DNA from: the human T2T-CHM13v2.0 reference genome, Homo sapiens
Strand: one strand, 5' to 3'
Length of the DNA stretch: 64,000 nt
Assembly (NCBI RefSeq): GCF_009914755.1
Contig: NC_060948.1
The position numbers and the translations under genes are program-made. How positions within the stretch are numbered: the stretch's first letter is position 1; every line of letters begins with the position of its first letter. Under the pieces are notes generated by a model. That model saw only the letters and a list, made by a program, of their open reading frames with translations. It was not told the origin of the DNA and did not search any database. This document shows, in pieces, positions 14,075 to 27,709 of this stretch.

Positions 14075-14570
14075 AATACATGCTGTACTGAACCTGTATC
14101 CCTCCTTCCTGGGGAGACTCCCAGGAAGATCCCAACGGGAGTTTACGGCCCATTGCCAAAGGACATGGTGGGACTTATACTTGGAAGGTCCAGCTTAAAA
14201 TTAAAGGGAATTCAAGTACATACTGGGGTAGTGGGCTCTGATTGCCAGGGAGAAATTCAAATTGTTATCTCCTCCACTGTTCCCTGGAGTGCTAATCCAG
14301 GTGACAGAATAGCTCAACTGTTGTTTTTACCATATGTTAAGATAGGAGAAAGCTCAGAATAAAAGGAGGATATAGAAGCACAAATTCAGCAGGCAAGCCT
14401 GCCTATTGGGTAAATCAAGTCTCTGACAATAGTCCTATTTGTAGGTCACTATTAAAGGAAAACAATTTGAGGCTCTTGTCGACACAGGAGCAGATGTGTC
14501 AATCACAGCGTTTATCAATGGCCCAAAAACTGGCCCAAACAAAAGGCCCCAGTGGGTCTTGTTGGGATTG
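14040..14570 (+). pseudogene. pro: HML dUTPase-protease remnant
   Basis: KIPTGVYGPLP..GLILGRSSL..GEIQIVIS..GDRIAQLL (dUTPase) and LVDTGADVS (protease active site). Truncated at ~14570. Confidence 0.85.
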
Positions 14571-14644
14571 AGGATTTGCTTGTATCTCACCAGGAGAGAA
14601 TCAACTTCTTGTCTGGGTACCCACAAGACATCTTAAGCTGTGCC

Positions 14645-16556
14645 AGGAGCCAGAATTCAAGGAAGAGGAAAAGACCTCAGAAAGTCCCTACACCCCCAGT
14701 TCATCAGATGGCTCAGATGAACATCTCTGTTGAGCAGATGGAAACCAGTAAAACTTACCAAGCAACTCCACCGACCTGGGGGCGGATGAAGAGACTAGCT
14801 CGCACTGAAGAAGAGAACCTGCGGTCTCAGCACAAGCTGCTGACCACCAGTAATCTAATGGTAGCTACGATGGTGGTAATCCCCTTGGTGGTGAGTCTCC
14901 CTGCAGAGGGGCAGATCAAAATTACACTTACTGGACCTACATTGCATTCCCACCACTGATTAGGCCTGTTATAAGTTTAGATGCCCCAGTGGAGGTTATG
15001 TTAATGATAGTGTCTGGATGCCTGGACCAATAGATAACCAAGGTCCTACTCATCCAGAGGAGGAAGGAATGTTAATGAAAGTTTCCATTGGTTATCACTT
15101 TCCTCCCATCTGCCTGGGGCCAGCAGCAGGATGTTTAAATTATGATAAACAACGTTGGATGGTTTATGTCCCTGAACATAATGGATGAAAGGCCTCTATT
15201 CATGTAATCAGTGGAAGAACATTTCAATCTTTGGACACTATTAAATACCTTGAGCATGGCTATGTTATGACACATCATCAGATTAATAAACTTAAACCTT
15301 CTTATTGAAGTCCTGCCCCAGGCAGGCCACTAAATGAAAATCTAGAGGTGCTAACCTGGGAAGATTGTATTGCAAACAGCGCTGCAGTATTGCAAAATAA
15401 TTCCATTGGAATCATCACTGATTGGGTCTCTAGAGGTCACTTTGCCATAAATTGTACCGGACACAGCAAAGATTTTGGAGAGACTCCTTTGCAAAAGACT
15501 TCCCAGATAACGCACTAAAATTATATAGAAGAATTGAAACAAACTGCCCTATTAAGTGGGAGGAGAATGGTATGGCTCCTCCAAGGCCAAAAATGATTGA
15601 TCCAATTACAAGACCAGAACATCCAGAATTGTGGAAATTAATGATGGCTCAAACCCCAGTTGGGATTTGGAAAGGAGAATATAAAACAGAGACTCATAGT
15701 GAAAATCTTTGATTTGTTGTAGCCATGATCTCTAATCAGACAGTCCCATTGCAGAGTTGTGTTAAACCTCCTTTTATGTTAGCAGCAGGAAAAGTTAATA
15801 TCCTACTTGACTCTCAAACCATATCATGCCTCAGCTGTCATATTTTTACCTGCATTAATTCTACCTTTAATAAAGATAACAGCACTTTACTGGTTAGGGC
15901 CTGAGAAGGAGTTTGGATACCTGTTTCCCTCAATAGACCTTGGGACGCCTCTTCCTCCATATATATTATCACTGCAGTACTAAAAGAAATACTTAATAGA
16001 TCAAAGAGATTCATATTTACCTTAATAGCTGTCATCACGGGCCTCATAGCGGTCACAGCTATAGCTGCTGCTGCTGTTGTAGCTTTGGATTCTTCTATTC
16101 AAACTGTGAGCTCTGTGGATAGTTGACAGAAAAATTTTTCCAAGCTTTGGAATTCCCAAAGCCAAATAGATCAAAAATTGGCAAATCAAATTAATGATCT
16201 TCATCAAACAGTAATTTGAATGGGTGGTCAGATTATGAGCTTGGAGCAGAGAATTTAAATGCAAAGTGATTGGAATACTTCTGATTTTTGTTTCCTCCTA
16301 GCTCTTATAATACCACTGAACACCACTGGGAGTTGATTAGACATCGCCTACCAGGAGAAGATAATTTAACATTAGATCCTGCTAAACGGAAAAAACAACT
16401 TTTTGCAGCATCTCAGGCTCATCCCAGCTTGTTGCCTGGAGCTGATATTCTTGCTGGAGCCACTGATGGCCTTTTTAACAATAATCCTTTAAAGTGAATT
16501 AAAACCATAGGTGGATCATCAACTGCAAATATTATTTTGGTTTGTGTCTGTTTCTG

Positions 16557-16589
<33 letters not shown>

Positions 16590-16680
16590 TCTACAGTTGC
16601 GGACAGCACCTTGGGAGAGAAGACAGACACCGTGAATGAGCTATGATAGCAATGGTGGTTATTAATTTAAAAAAAATGGG
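14645..16680 (+). pseudogene. env: HML env remnant, including Rec-like exons
   Basis: Leader PPTWGRMKRL; SU motif PEHPELWKL; furin site and fusion peptide [13 protein letters not shown] at ~15998-16040. Disrupted. Confidence 0.85.
16558..16587 (+). repeat. Poly(T)30 tract
   Basis: Uninterrupted T run directly before AG|TCTACAG in the env 3' region. Confidence 0.9.
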
Positions 16681-16697
16681 GACAAAAAAGTGGGACA

Positions 16698-17283
16698 TAT
16701 GGAAAAGAGAGTTTCTGGGATGCCAGATGAGTTGGTCTGCCCTGTGTGAGACTCCCATGGGGAGCCATGGATGGCGTCTGAGGAGAAAAGTCTCCTTACT
16801 GCCTTCATGCCCTTATGCCTGGAGAGCATAACAGCTCAGCGGCATGCCGCAGCTTGCTCAGGGAAATAACACTCCCTTGAAGCAGTGGAGTCTAATCAAA
16901 TGTCTTGGCTTCTCCTGAAACCTAGTCCCACCCATTTCAGTCCCGATAAGTTAAATACATTAAGTAGTTTAGACACACACCTTTGCCCAAGGAAATTCAC
17001 AGAAACCGCCACTGCTATACATCCTATTGAATGACTCACGAGTTCTCCTTCACTGATTAATCCTTCCCCTCATCCCTTTCTACTCCTCCTATCTGCCCTA
17101 TGAACAAAAAGCTTGAAAACCAATAAATTGGGTGGTGGCTGAGAGCTCCAGGCCATGAACAAGACTCCAATTCTCTGGTCCCCTGGACCTGCCTTTTAAA
17201 CTCTCATTCTGTCTTTTTCTAATTCCTTTGTCTTCGCTGGACTCGGGGCACCTGCTGGGCAGTGTGGGGCTGGTTTCCCAACA
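16698..17283 (+). mobile_element. HERV-K14C 3' LTR
   Basis: Follows the PPT AAAAAAGTGGGACA, contains AATAAA at ~17122 and ends CCCAACA. Confidence 0.85.
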
Positions 17284-20200
17284 ATTCTGTCAAGTGATTT
17301 TTTTCTCTCTGGGTATAAGGAATTGCCACAGACAGCCTCTGAGACACTGTCTCAACCTCATCGGCACCCATGAGAGGCCAGTTCAAAGTGTGAGAACATG
17401 TCTCCAACGTGGACTTGCCTTTCTTGTGGTTCTTGCTTATCTGAGAGAGCCCCTGTGAGGCCCAGGATGAAGGGAGGCAGTGAGATTAACGGCCTGGCCA
17501 TCTTTTGCTGACAGCTGCCTCTGGGGTCTTAGATATGATTCTATCATCCAAAGAACACTGAACAACACAACAGACTATATCCTGATCCCCGTGGGATCTG
17601 ATCCTTGCACACACATTCTCTTTCAGGAATAGAGTCAGAAGAGCTGTTTCCAGCCACTACCTAACAGTATTGAAATGTGTACTCCTCCAGCGGGACGAGA
17701 CCATGGAGGCTGCCCATGGGTCCCTAAGGTCGAGATGTTTAGGGTCTCACAGTGGGTTTTCACAGGTAGCCATTTTCCCGATATGAGGCCAGCTTTGCCT
17801 GTGCATTTTCTTCTGCCTAGGCAGGCTGACATCTCTGACAGCTGGGTGCTTGAACCTGCCCCAAGAATGTGCATGTGCTAGTTTCAGGGCACCAGGCCTG
17901 ATGGTGAGTTCTGGCTAGCCTTATAATGTCACTGTTGCCTAGCAACAAGTTCCTGCGGCTTGGCAGAGAAAGAGACCTGCTCGGAGGTGCATTGGCGGTG
18001 GACTCTCCCCTGTCTTTTCTGTGGGATCCACAGGATAGTCCCATGATCCTATGAGAAGGCAGATGTGAGCCAGCCTTGAAGAAATATCAACCATGATCAG
18101 AGGGCTTATGGGAGTCAGCCTGAAGAAACATCAACCACAGCCCCACAAATAAACTGCAAAATCTCTAAGGATCCAAAAGGATCTGCAGAATTCCTCAGGC
18201 CACCCTAGAGGTTGTATGGGTTTTGAAACTTACGCCAATGTGATTTCTAGGTACAGCCTGCCTGTGTTCCCTGGGGTTGCTGTCTCTCAGGTGGGGCCTC
18301 CTGCAGAACCATGCAACCTCGGGATCTGCCATGCTGTGTGTTTCCGTGGGTGTGTTGCGAGTGTTTGACGTCGAGTGTGTGTGGCATTTTGTGTGTGTGT
18401 GTGTGCCTGTAAGTGGGGTCTGCTTAAAGGAATAGGGCTAACACACTTCAGTGCTTCTTGTTTTTAGCCTCACTAACTTTTGGTGGCCTGTGTGTGTGGC
18501 TATGCTTGGGCTGCATGGTTCCGTGTTATTTTTCTGTAGATCCTGAATCCCCAGTGAATTTGGAGGTGGGCCAAGACCTGCTAGCATCCAAAATCAACTC
18601 CCCCTGCAGAAAAAAACCACTCTTCTAGAAGACGAGCACACCACACCAAAAACCAGGTATCTCTCAGTGTTTCCTTCATCTTGAGGACAACGCAGGGAGA
18701 GACACTAGCAGATCTGTCTGCAAGGCCACTTGGATTAACCTCGAATTTGGTTCCCAGCTGCGCACATGCTTCACATCATGAGGGATGCACTTCTCCATCT
18801 TCTTGGGATTTTATCCTGGAACATAGAGTCTGAGCAGCAATAAGGTCACATGGGGTGAGGATACAATCTGCTGAATGGAGAATGGGTTCCAGCAACTTCA
18901 CCTGCAAATAAATAAATAAATAAATAAAGACAGATGACACAAAAGGTGCTTCTAACTCCATCCCAACATTCCCTTAATTTCAAAAGCAGTCCACACTATG
19001 GCCCAGAATTCAGGTGGGAGTATTTCAACGTGCAAAGAATATTTGGAGTGCAAATTGGGGCCATTCTGGCAAACTCCCAATGTGAGAACTTTCATACCCA
19101 GAGCCAAATGGGAGTGGAATGGATTGGTGCTGGGTAGGATGTGGCCTCTACACTTGCCTCTTCTTTTTCTGACTTCCATGTTTCTCTCCAGCCTAGGGTT
19201 TCCTGTGTCTGGCTCAATGACTTCCGCACTAAATGTTTCTCAGTTCATGAGAATGACCCTCATGGGAATCCATAGCATGAACGTTTTCTTCTAAAAATTC
19301 TCAATTTTTATTGACTGGGCAGCTCTGGTACTTTAACAACCATTAATTCCTGTTACAGCAGCAAACAAGGAAACACCTATTCTCCCACTTCTGTCGGAAT
19401 GCTGCAAGATTCCTGTAGGATGAGAAGCTTGCAGCTGTGTCTGGCTTTTGCCTGGTAAACTAGCCTCTGTTTCATTTCATCTGCATAGCCTTCTCATAGT
19501 GGAGGGGCTCTTGCATTGCTCTGTTGCTGGATAGGAATGCCTCTTCCCACCAATTATTTAGCTGCCAGAGATATCAGAGAGCAGAAGGGACTTTGGGTCA
19601 CATGGCTGCACTCCAGATTGTGGATTGTTGTATGTTGTGGGAGCTGAAGTTGTTTGCACTTTGCAGGAGTCTTTGGGGTCCTCAGACAGGAATCATTGAA
19701 CATTGCTTGGACTCTGGCAAAAGGCATCTCGTTGTTTCAGGTGAGCTTTGATTTTTCTTTGCTTTCATGGAGAATTCACAGTGCTCCTCAACAGCACTAC
19801 TGGACACCATTTTTAGGCTTGCCGTCACCACAGACAGCCTCTGAGATGGTGTCACATCCTCATATGCACCCATGAGGGGCAAGTTCGAGGTATGAGAACA
19901 GTGTTGATCTTATACTTGCCTTGTCTTGCTTCCTGCCTTTCCCAGAGAGCCTATGCAAGGCCCCAGATGAAGGGAGGCAGAGAGGTCAAGAGCCTGGTCA
20001 TCTTTTGCTGACACCCACCTCTGGGATCTCAGATCTGCTGCTATCACCCAAAAAACCCCTCCAGAACACACCAGACTTATATCAATCCCTATGGGACCCA
20101 ATTCTTTCACACAGCCTCCTTTGGGAACGGACTCAGAAGAGCAGTTTCCATGACCACTTCATGGTCTTGAAATGCCTCCTCCTCCAGTGGAACACAACCA

Positions 20201-20506
20201 TGGAGATGGCTTGAATAACCCCCAAAGTTGAGACTTTTAGGGTCCTGCAATGGGTTTCACAGGCAGCTTATTTCCTGATACCAGACTGACTCTGCCTCTG
20301 CCATTTTCCTCTGCTTAGGCAGGCTGACGGGTCTGAGAGCCAACGCCCAAGCCTGCCTCATTAATGTGCATGCACTAGTCTCAGGGCACCAGGCCTTATT
20401 GTGAGCTCTGGCTAGCTTCACAATGAATGCCACCTTTGCCTAGCGACAAGTCCCTGCAGCTTGGCAGATAAAGAGACCTCCGTGGAGGTGTGTCAGCAGT
20501 GGACTC

Positions 20507-21366
20507 TCACCTGTCTTCTCTGTTGGATCCATGGGATAGTCCCGTGATCCCAGGAGAGGGCAGACATGAGCCAGCCAGAAGTAACATCAAACAGAGCCCT
20601 AGGAATAAACTGTGAAATCCATGAGAATACAAAACAATCTGCAGAATTCCTCAAACCTGTTTAGACTTTGTAGGGTTGAGTCTTTTTGAAATTGCTCTAC
20701 TGTGATATCCAGGTATACTGGCTGTGTTCCCTGAGGTTGCTCTTTCCCAAATGCGGCTTCCTGCAGAACCACACAGCCTCAGGAGCTGCCAGCCTGTGTG
20801 TTTCTGTGAAAGTATTGAGAGTGTTGGATGTCTGCGTGTGTGTGTGTCTGTGTGTGTGCATGTTAGAATATAAGTGGAGTATTCTTAAAGGAATGTGGCT
20901 AACACATTTTAGCACTTCTTTTTTTTGAGTCTCCCAACTTTTTGGTGGCCTGTCTGTACAGCACTGCTTGGGCTGTGGGGCTCCATGTTCTTTAGTTTTC
21001 TGTGGATCATAAATCCCCAGTGAATTGGGAGGCAGGCTGAGACCCACCAGTGTCAAACTCATCTCCCACTCCAAAAGAAAGCCACTCTTAGAAAAAAGGG
21101 GAGCACACCACATGAAAAAACAGTCATCTCTGAGTGTTTCATTGTCCTGCAAACAATGCAGGGAGATACACTAGCAGTCCTGTCCATAGGGCCCTTGAAT
21201 TTACCTCAAATTCAGGTCCCAGCCAAGCAGTTGGTTCACATCATAAGGGGGCAATACTCCATCGTCTTGGGTTTTCATTTTGGGACATAGAGTGTGAGCA
21301 ACAATAAGGTCAGACAGGGGTGAGGATACAATCTGGTGGGAATTGGATGAGATCCCACAACTTCAA
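20507..21366 (-). ncRNA. TTTY13: TTTY13 testis-specific Y lncRNA: exons carrying its 58-aa putative ORF (full transcript extent not determinable here)
   Basis: Joining 21278-21205 (donor GAG|GTAAAT) to 20609-20507 (acceptor TTTCACAG|) gives MKTQDDGVLPPYDVNQLLGWDLNLSLFLGLCLMLLLAGSCLPSPGITGLSHGSNREDR*. This matches the TTTY13 putative peptide as I recall it. An upstream acceptor TTTTTTGCAG| opens the exon at 21366. Confidence 0.85.
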
Positions 21367-24300
21367 CTGCAAAAAAATAAAGACAGATGACACAGAAGGT
21401 ACTTCCAACTCCATCCCAACATTCCCTTAATTGCACAAGCAGTCCACACCATGGCCCAGTGTTCAGGTGAAAGTATTCCAATGTGCAAGAAATATTTGGG
21501 GAGCAAACTGGGGTCATCCTGGCAAACTCTCAATTTGCAGGCTTTCATACTGGGAGCAAAATGGGAATGAAATGGTTTGATGGTAGATGGGAAGTGGCCT
21601 CCACACTTGCCCCTTCTTTCTCTGATGTCCATGTTTCTTGTCAGTGTAGGGTTTCCTATGTCTGGCTCAATGACTTCCACAATACATGTTTCTCAGTTCA
21701 CAGAGAATGACCCTAATGGGAACCCATTGCATGAGTGTTTCCTTCTAAACACTTTCACAATTTAATGACTGGGCAGCTTTGATACTTTTAAAACCATAAA
21801 TAGCCACCAACAAGGAAACTCTTGTTTTTTTTCACTTCTATTGGCATTCTGCATGATTCCTGTAGGGTGAGAAGCAGTCAGCCCTGTCTGGCTTTTGCCT
21901 GGTAGTCTAGCCTCTGATTTTTTTCATCTGCATGGTCATCTTATTGAGCAGGTATTCTTTCATTGGGCTGTGGCTGGATGGGACTGCCTCTCACCAAAGA
22001 TTATTTTGCTTCCCAGGATTTCAAAGAGCAAAAGGGACTTTGAGGAGTCTGGCTGCACTCCAAGTTTCGATCTGTTGTCTCAGGTGGGGGCTGAAGTTGT
22101 TTGCAATTTGCAGGAGGCTTTTGGGTTCTCTGACAAGAAGCATTGAACATTGCTTAAACTCCAGCTCAGTGCAGCTCATTCTGTCAGGTGAGCATTGATT
22201 TTTCTTTGCTTTTATGGGAAATCCACAGTGTCCTTCAACAGCTCTACCGGACATCATTTTCAGGCTTGCCATCATCAAAGATGACCTCTGAGACATGGTC
22301 TCTACCTCATCTTCACCCATAAGAGGTCAGTCCAAGGTGTGAGAATATGGTTCAAACTTTGACTTGCCTTTTTCATGGTTCCTGCCTTTCTCAGAGAGCC
22401 CCTGCTAGGCATAGGATGATGGAGGTAGTGAGGTCAAGAGCCCAGACATCTTTGCTAAAAAATGCCTCTGGGGTCTCAGGTATGATGCTATGACCCAAAG
22501 AACCATCAACAACACACCAGACAGACTATATGCCAATCACCATGGGACCCGATTCTTGCAGACACACATTCTCTTTTGGGAATGGATTTCAAAGGGCAGT
22601 TTTCAGTGACCACCTCAGAGTCTTGAAACACCTCATCCTCCATCAGGACACAACCACAGAGATGGTCCAAATGAGCCCTGAGGTCGAGGCTTTTATTGTC
22701 CTGCCATGGGTCTTCACAGGCAGCCTTTTTCTTGATACCAGGCCAGCTCCGACTGTACCATTTTCCTCTGCTTAGGCAGGCTGAATGCTGTTACAGCAGG
22801 ACACATAAGCCTGTCTCAGGAATCCACATAAGCTAGTCTCAGGGCACCAGTCCTGAGTGTGAACTCTGTCTAGAGTCACAGTGAATGTCACTGTTGCCTA
22901 GCGACAAGTCCCCGCGGCTTTGTGGAGAAGACTCCCAAGGAGGAGACCTCCATGGAGGTTCGTCGGCTGAGGTCTCTCACCTGTCTACTCTGTGAGATCC
23001 ACAGGATAGTCCCATAATCCTAGGATAGGGAGGATGTGAGCCAGCCTGAAGAAACATCAAGAAGAGCCCCAGGAATAAGCTGCCAAATCCCTAAGGATCA
23101 AAAAACATCTGCATGCTGTCTAGATGTTGGAAGGGTGTCTTTTTGGAACTTGTCTTAACTGTGATTTTTAGGTACAGCCCATCTCTTTTCCTTGGAGTTA
23201 CTTTGTCTCAGATGGGGCTTCCTGCATAATCCTGCAGCCTGAGGAGCTGACAGGCTATGTGTTTTTGTGGGAGTGTTGCAAATGTTGGATGTCTGCCTGT
23301 GTGTGTGTTATTGTGTGTTTGTGTATCTGTGTGTGTGTGTGCCGTTAAGTGGAGTCTGCTTAAAGGAATGTGGCTAAAGCACTTCAGTGTTTTTTTATTT
23401 TTTTAGTATATTAACCTTTTGGTGGCCTGTCTCTGTGGCTCTTTTGGGCTGTCAGGCTTGTGTTATTTATTTTTCTGTGAATCATGAATCCTCAGTGATT
23501 TTGGAGGCGGGCCAAGCCTGCCGGCAACCAAGGTATCTCCCCGTACAATAAAAGCCACTCTTCTAGAAAGAAGAGGAGCACACCATACCAAAAAAACAGA
23601 CATTTCCCGATGTTTCATTTTCCTGCAGCCAACCCAGGTAGAGAAACTAGCAGTCTAGTCCTCAGGGCCCCTATATTTACGTCAAATTCAGTTCCCAGCT
23701 GATCAGGCGCTATACATTGTGAGGGGACACTCCTCCCTCGTTTTGGGATTTCATCCTGGGACATAGAATATGAGCAGAAATAAGGTCAGATAAAGGTGAG
23801 GATATAATCTGGTGACAAGGGGAAGGGGTCCCGCAACTTCACCTGCAAAAAGATAAAGACAGATGACACAGAAGGTGTTTCCAATTCTATGCCCGCATTC
23901 CCTTAATTGCACAAGCAGTCCACAACATAGCCAGGAGTTCAGGTGGCAGAACTCCTACGTGCAAGGAACATGTGGAGTGCAAATTGACACCATCCTGGCA
24001 AACTCCTGATTTAAGGGCTTTCATACCTAGAGCCAAATGGCAGTGGAATGGATTGATGCTGGGTGGGATGTGGCCTCCATACTTCCCCCTTCTTTTCCTG
24101 ACTTCCATGTTCCTGGTCAGCCTAGGGTTTCCTGGGTCTGGCTAAATGACTTCCACACTAAACGTTTGCCTGTTGCTGGTGAATGACCCTCAGTGGAATC
24201 CACTGCATGAGCGTTTTCTTCCAAACACTGTCACGTTTTAATGACTGGACAGTTTTGATACTTTAAAACAATAAATTCCCATTTCAGCCACCAACAAGGA

Positions 24301-27300
24301 AACTCTTATTCTACCACTTCTATCAGAGGCCTGCATGATTCCTGTAGGAGGAGAAGAAGGCAGCTGTGTGTACATTTTACCGGGCAATCGAGGCTCTGTT
24401 TCATTAAATCTGCATGGCTCTCTCACTGTGGAGGGGCTCATTCATTGAGCTGTTGCTGGATGGGACTGCCTCTCACTACAGATTGTATAGCTTATCAGGG
24501 TTTCAGAGAGCAAAAGGGACTTCGAATAGGCTTACTGTGCTCCACATTTTGGTCTATGGTCACATTTTGGGGGCTGAAGTTGCTTGAACTTTACAGTAGG
24601 ATTTTGGGTCCCCTGACAGAAATCACTGAACATTGCTTGGACTCCAGCACAAGGCAGCTCGTTTCCTCAGGCAAGCCTTGTTTTTTTCTTGCTTTCATGG
24701 AAAACCCACAATGCCCCTTAACAGCACTGCTGGACACAATTTTCAGGCTTACTATCACCACAGATGGCCTCTGAGACACTGTGTCAACATCATCTGCACC
24801 AAGAAGAGACCAGTCTGAGGTGTGAGACAACTGCTCCACCTTGGGCTTTCCTCGGTCATGGTTCCTGACTTTTCCAGAGGGCCCCTGTGAGGCCTAGGGT
24901 GAAGGGAGGCCATGAGGTCAAGCTCGGGCATCTCTCACTGATGCTCACCTCTGGGCTTTCAGGTATAATTCTATCACCCAAAGAACCCCAACAACACAAC
25001 AGATTCTATTCCAATCTCCATGGGACCTAATTCTTATGCACAGCCTCTTTCAGGAATAGAGCCAGAAGAGTAGTTTCCAGCGACCACCTCACAGTCCTGA
25101 AGTGCCTCCTCCTCCAGTGGGACCCAACTATGGAGATGACCCAAAGGGGCCCTGAGGTTGAGACTTTTAGAGTCTCACAGTGGGTTTTCATAGGCATCAT
25201 TTTTCCTGATACCAAGGCGTCTCTGCCTGTATCATTTTCCTCTGCTTAGTCAGGCTGAGAGCTCTGACATCTGGGCACCAGAGCCTGCCTCACGAATGTT
25301 CATGAGCTAAGCTCAGGGAACCATTCCTGATTTTGGACTCCAGAGGAGACCTCTGTGGAGGTGCGTTGGTGGTGCACTCTTTGCCTGTCTTCTCTGTGGG
25401 ATCCACAGAATAATCTCATGATCCTATGAGATGGCAGATGTGAGCGAGCCTGAAGAAATGTCAAGCAGAGCCCTAGGAATAAACTGCAAAATCCCTAAGG
25501 ATCCAAAAGCATCTGCAGGATTCCTCAGGCCTGTCTAGATGTTTTAGGGGTGAGTCTTTTTGAAACTTGCCCCTCTGATATTTTTAGGTAAAACCCACCT
25601 GTGTTCCCTGGGATTGCTCTCTCCCAGGTAGGGCTTCCTGCAGAAACATGCAGCCTCAGAAGCTGTCAGGTTCTGTGTTCCTTTGGGAGTGTTGTGAGTG
25701 TAGGATTTCTGTGTGTGTGTGTGTGTGTGTGGCATTGTGTGTTTGTGTCTGTGTGCCTGCAAATGGAGTCTGCTTAAAAGAGTGTGGCTAACACACTTCA
25801 ATCCTCTTTATTTGAGTCCCTCACCTTTTATTTTGGTTGCTTGTCTGTTTGGCTCTGCTTGGGCTCTGGGGCTCCATGTTTTTTTATTTTTCTGTGGATC
25901 ATGAATACGCAGTGTCTAAATCACCTTCCCCTGCAAAAAAACAAAACAAAACACTCTTCTAGAAAGAAGAGGAACACACCACACCAACACACCAAAAAAC
26001 AGACATCTCCCAGTGTCTCATTGTCCTACGGTCAACCCAGCAAGGGACACTAGCAGTCCTGTCCTCAGGACCAATTGAATTTACCTTGAATTCGGTTTCT
26101 AGCTGAGCAGGTACTTCAGGTTAAAGGGGCACTCCTCAATTGTCTTGGGATTTCATCCTGGGACATAGAGTGTGAGCAGAAATAAGGTCAGATAGGGATG
26201 AGAATACAATCTGGTGAGGAGTGGATGGGTCCTGCAATTTCAACTGCAAAAAAAATATGAAGACAGATGACACAGAAGGTGCTTCCAACCCCATCCCCCT
26301 ATTCTGTTAATTGCACAAGCAGTCCAACCATGACCTGGTGTTCAGGTGGAAGTAATCCAACAGGCAGGGAACATTTTGAGTGCAAATTGGGCCCATCCTG
26401 GCAAAGTCTGGATGTATGTTTTTCATACCCATAGCCAAATGGAACTGGAATGGGTTAATACTGGGAGGGGTGTGGCCTCCAAACTGGCCTCTTCTTTTCT
26501 TGACTTCCATGTTCCTCATTGGCCTAGGGTTTCCTGGATCTCCACCCAATGACTTCCACACTAAATTTTCCCAATTCTCGAGAACCACCCTCACGGGAAT
26601 CCATTGCATGAGTGTTTTCTTCTAAACCCTGTGAGGTTTTAATGACTGGGCCTCATTGATAATTTAAACCTGCAAATTGCCTTTACAGCTGCCAACAAGG
26701 AAACTCTTGTTCTTTCACTTCTTTCGGAAGGCTGCATGATTCCTGTAGGATGAGAAGTAGGCAGCCGTGTTTGGCTTTTGCCTGGTCATCTAGCTTCTGT
26801 TTCTTTTCATCTGCAGGCTCTTCTCATTGCTGAGTGGATCTTTCATTGTGGTCTTGCTGAGTGGGACTGCCTATCGCCACACATCTTTTGGCTGCCAGTA
26901 ATTTCAGGGAGCAAAACAGACTTTAGGTAGGCTGGCTACACTCCAGGTTGTGGGTGGTGGTCTCATTTTGGGGGCCAAGTTTGTTTGCACTTTGCCAGGG
27001 GCTTTAGGGTCTTCTGACAGAAATCTTTTAACATTGCTGTGTCTCCAGCACTAGTCAGCTCATTCTCTCAGGCGAGCTTTGATTTTTCTTTGCTTTCTCT
27101 GGGGAGTCCACATCGCCCCTCAACAGCGCTACTGGACAACATTCCAGGCTTGCAATCTCCACAAACGGCCTCTGAGACACTGTCTCAACCTCATTTGCAC
27201 CCGTGAGAGGTCAGTTCGAGGTGTGAGAACACTTCTTCAACTTGAACCTCCTTTTGTCATGGTTCCAGCCTTTCCCCAAGAGCCCCTGTGAGGGCAGGAT

Positions 27301-27698
27301 GAACGGAGGCAGTGAGATCAAGGGCCCGGCCATCTTCCACAGACACCCGCCTCTGGGGTCTCAGGTGTGATTCCATCACCCGAAGACCCCCAGAAACTCA
27401 CCAGACTATATTCCAATTCCCATGGGACTTGATTCTTACACACAGCCTCTTTCAGCCATGGAGTGAGAAAAGCAGTTTCCCGCGTCCTCCTCACAGTCTC
27501 AAAATGTGTCCTCCTTCAGCGAGACCAGACCACGGAGACGACCCGACGGAGCTCTGAGGTCGACGCTTTTAGTGTCCCACAGTGGGTTACTGCAGTCAGC
27601 CTTTTTTCCCATAACAGGCCGGCTCTGGCTGTACCATTTTCCTCTGGTTAGGCAGGCTGACAGCTCTGACAGCCGGGCGCCCAACCTTGCCTCGTGAA

Positions 27699-27709
27699 TG
27701 CGCATGCGC
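27699..27709. promoter_or_regulatory. NRF1 consensus motif TGCGCATGCGC in a CpG-rich unit
   Basis: Exact motif. The homologous site is CpG-decayed in most other units. Confidence 0.55.

Noticed and set aside
20507-21278. TTTY13 58-aa peptide as a real CDS
   Set aside because: It is short, derived from repeat sequence, and has no coding evidence visible here. It was used only to identify the locus.
22021-22320. MG(A/E)DEVET.. ATG as an ancestral start codon
   Set aside because: CpG-rich units read ACG/GCG at this position (~27203, ~29543), so the ATG probably arose by CpG decay.
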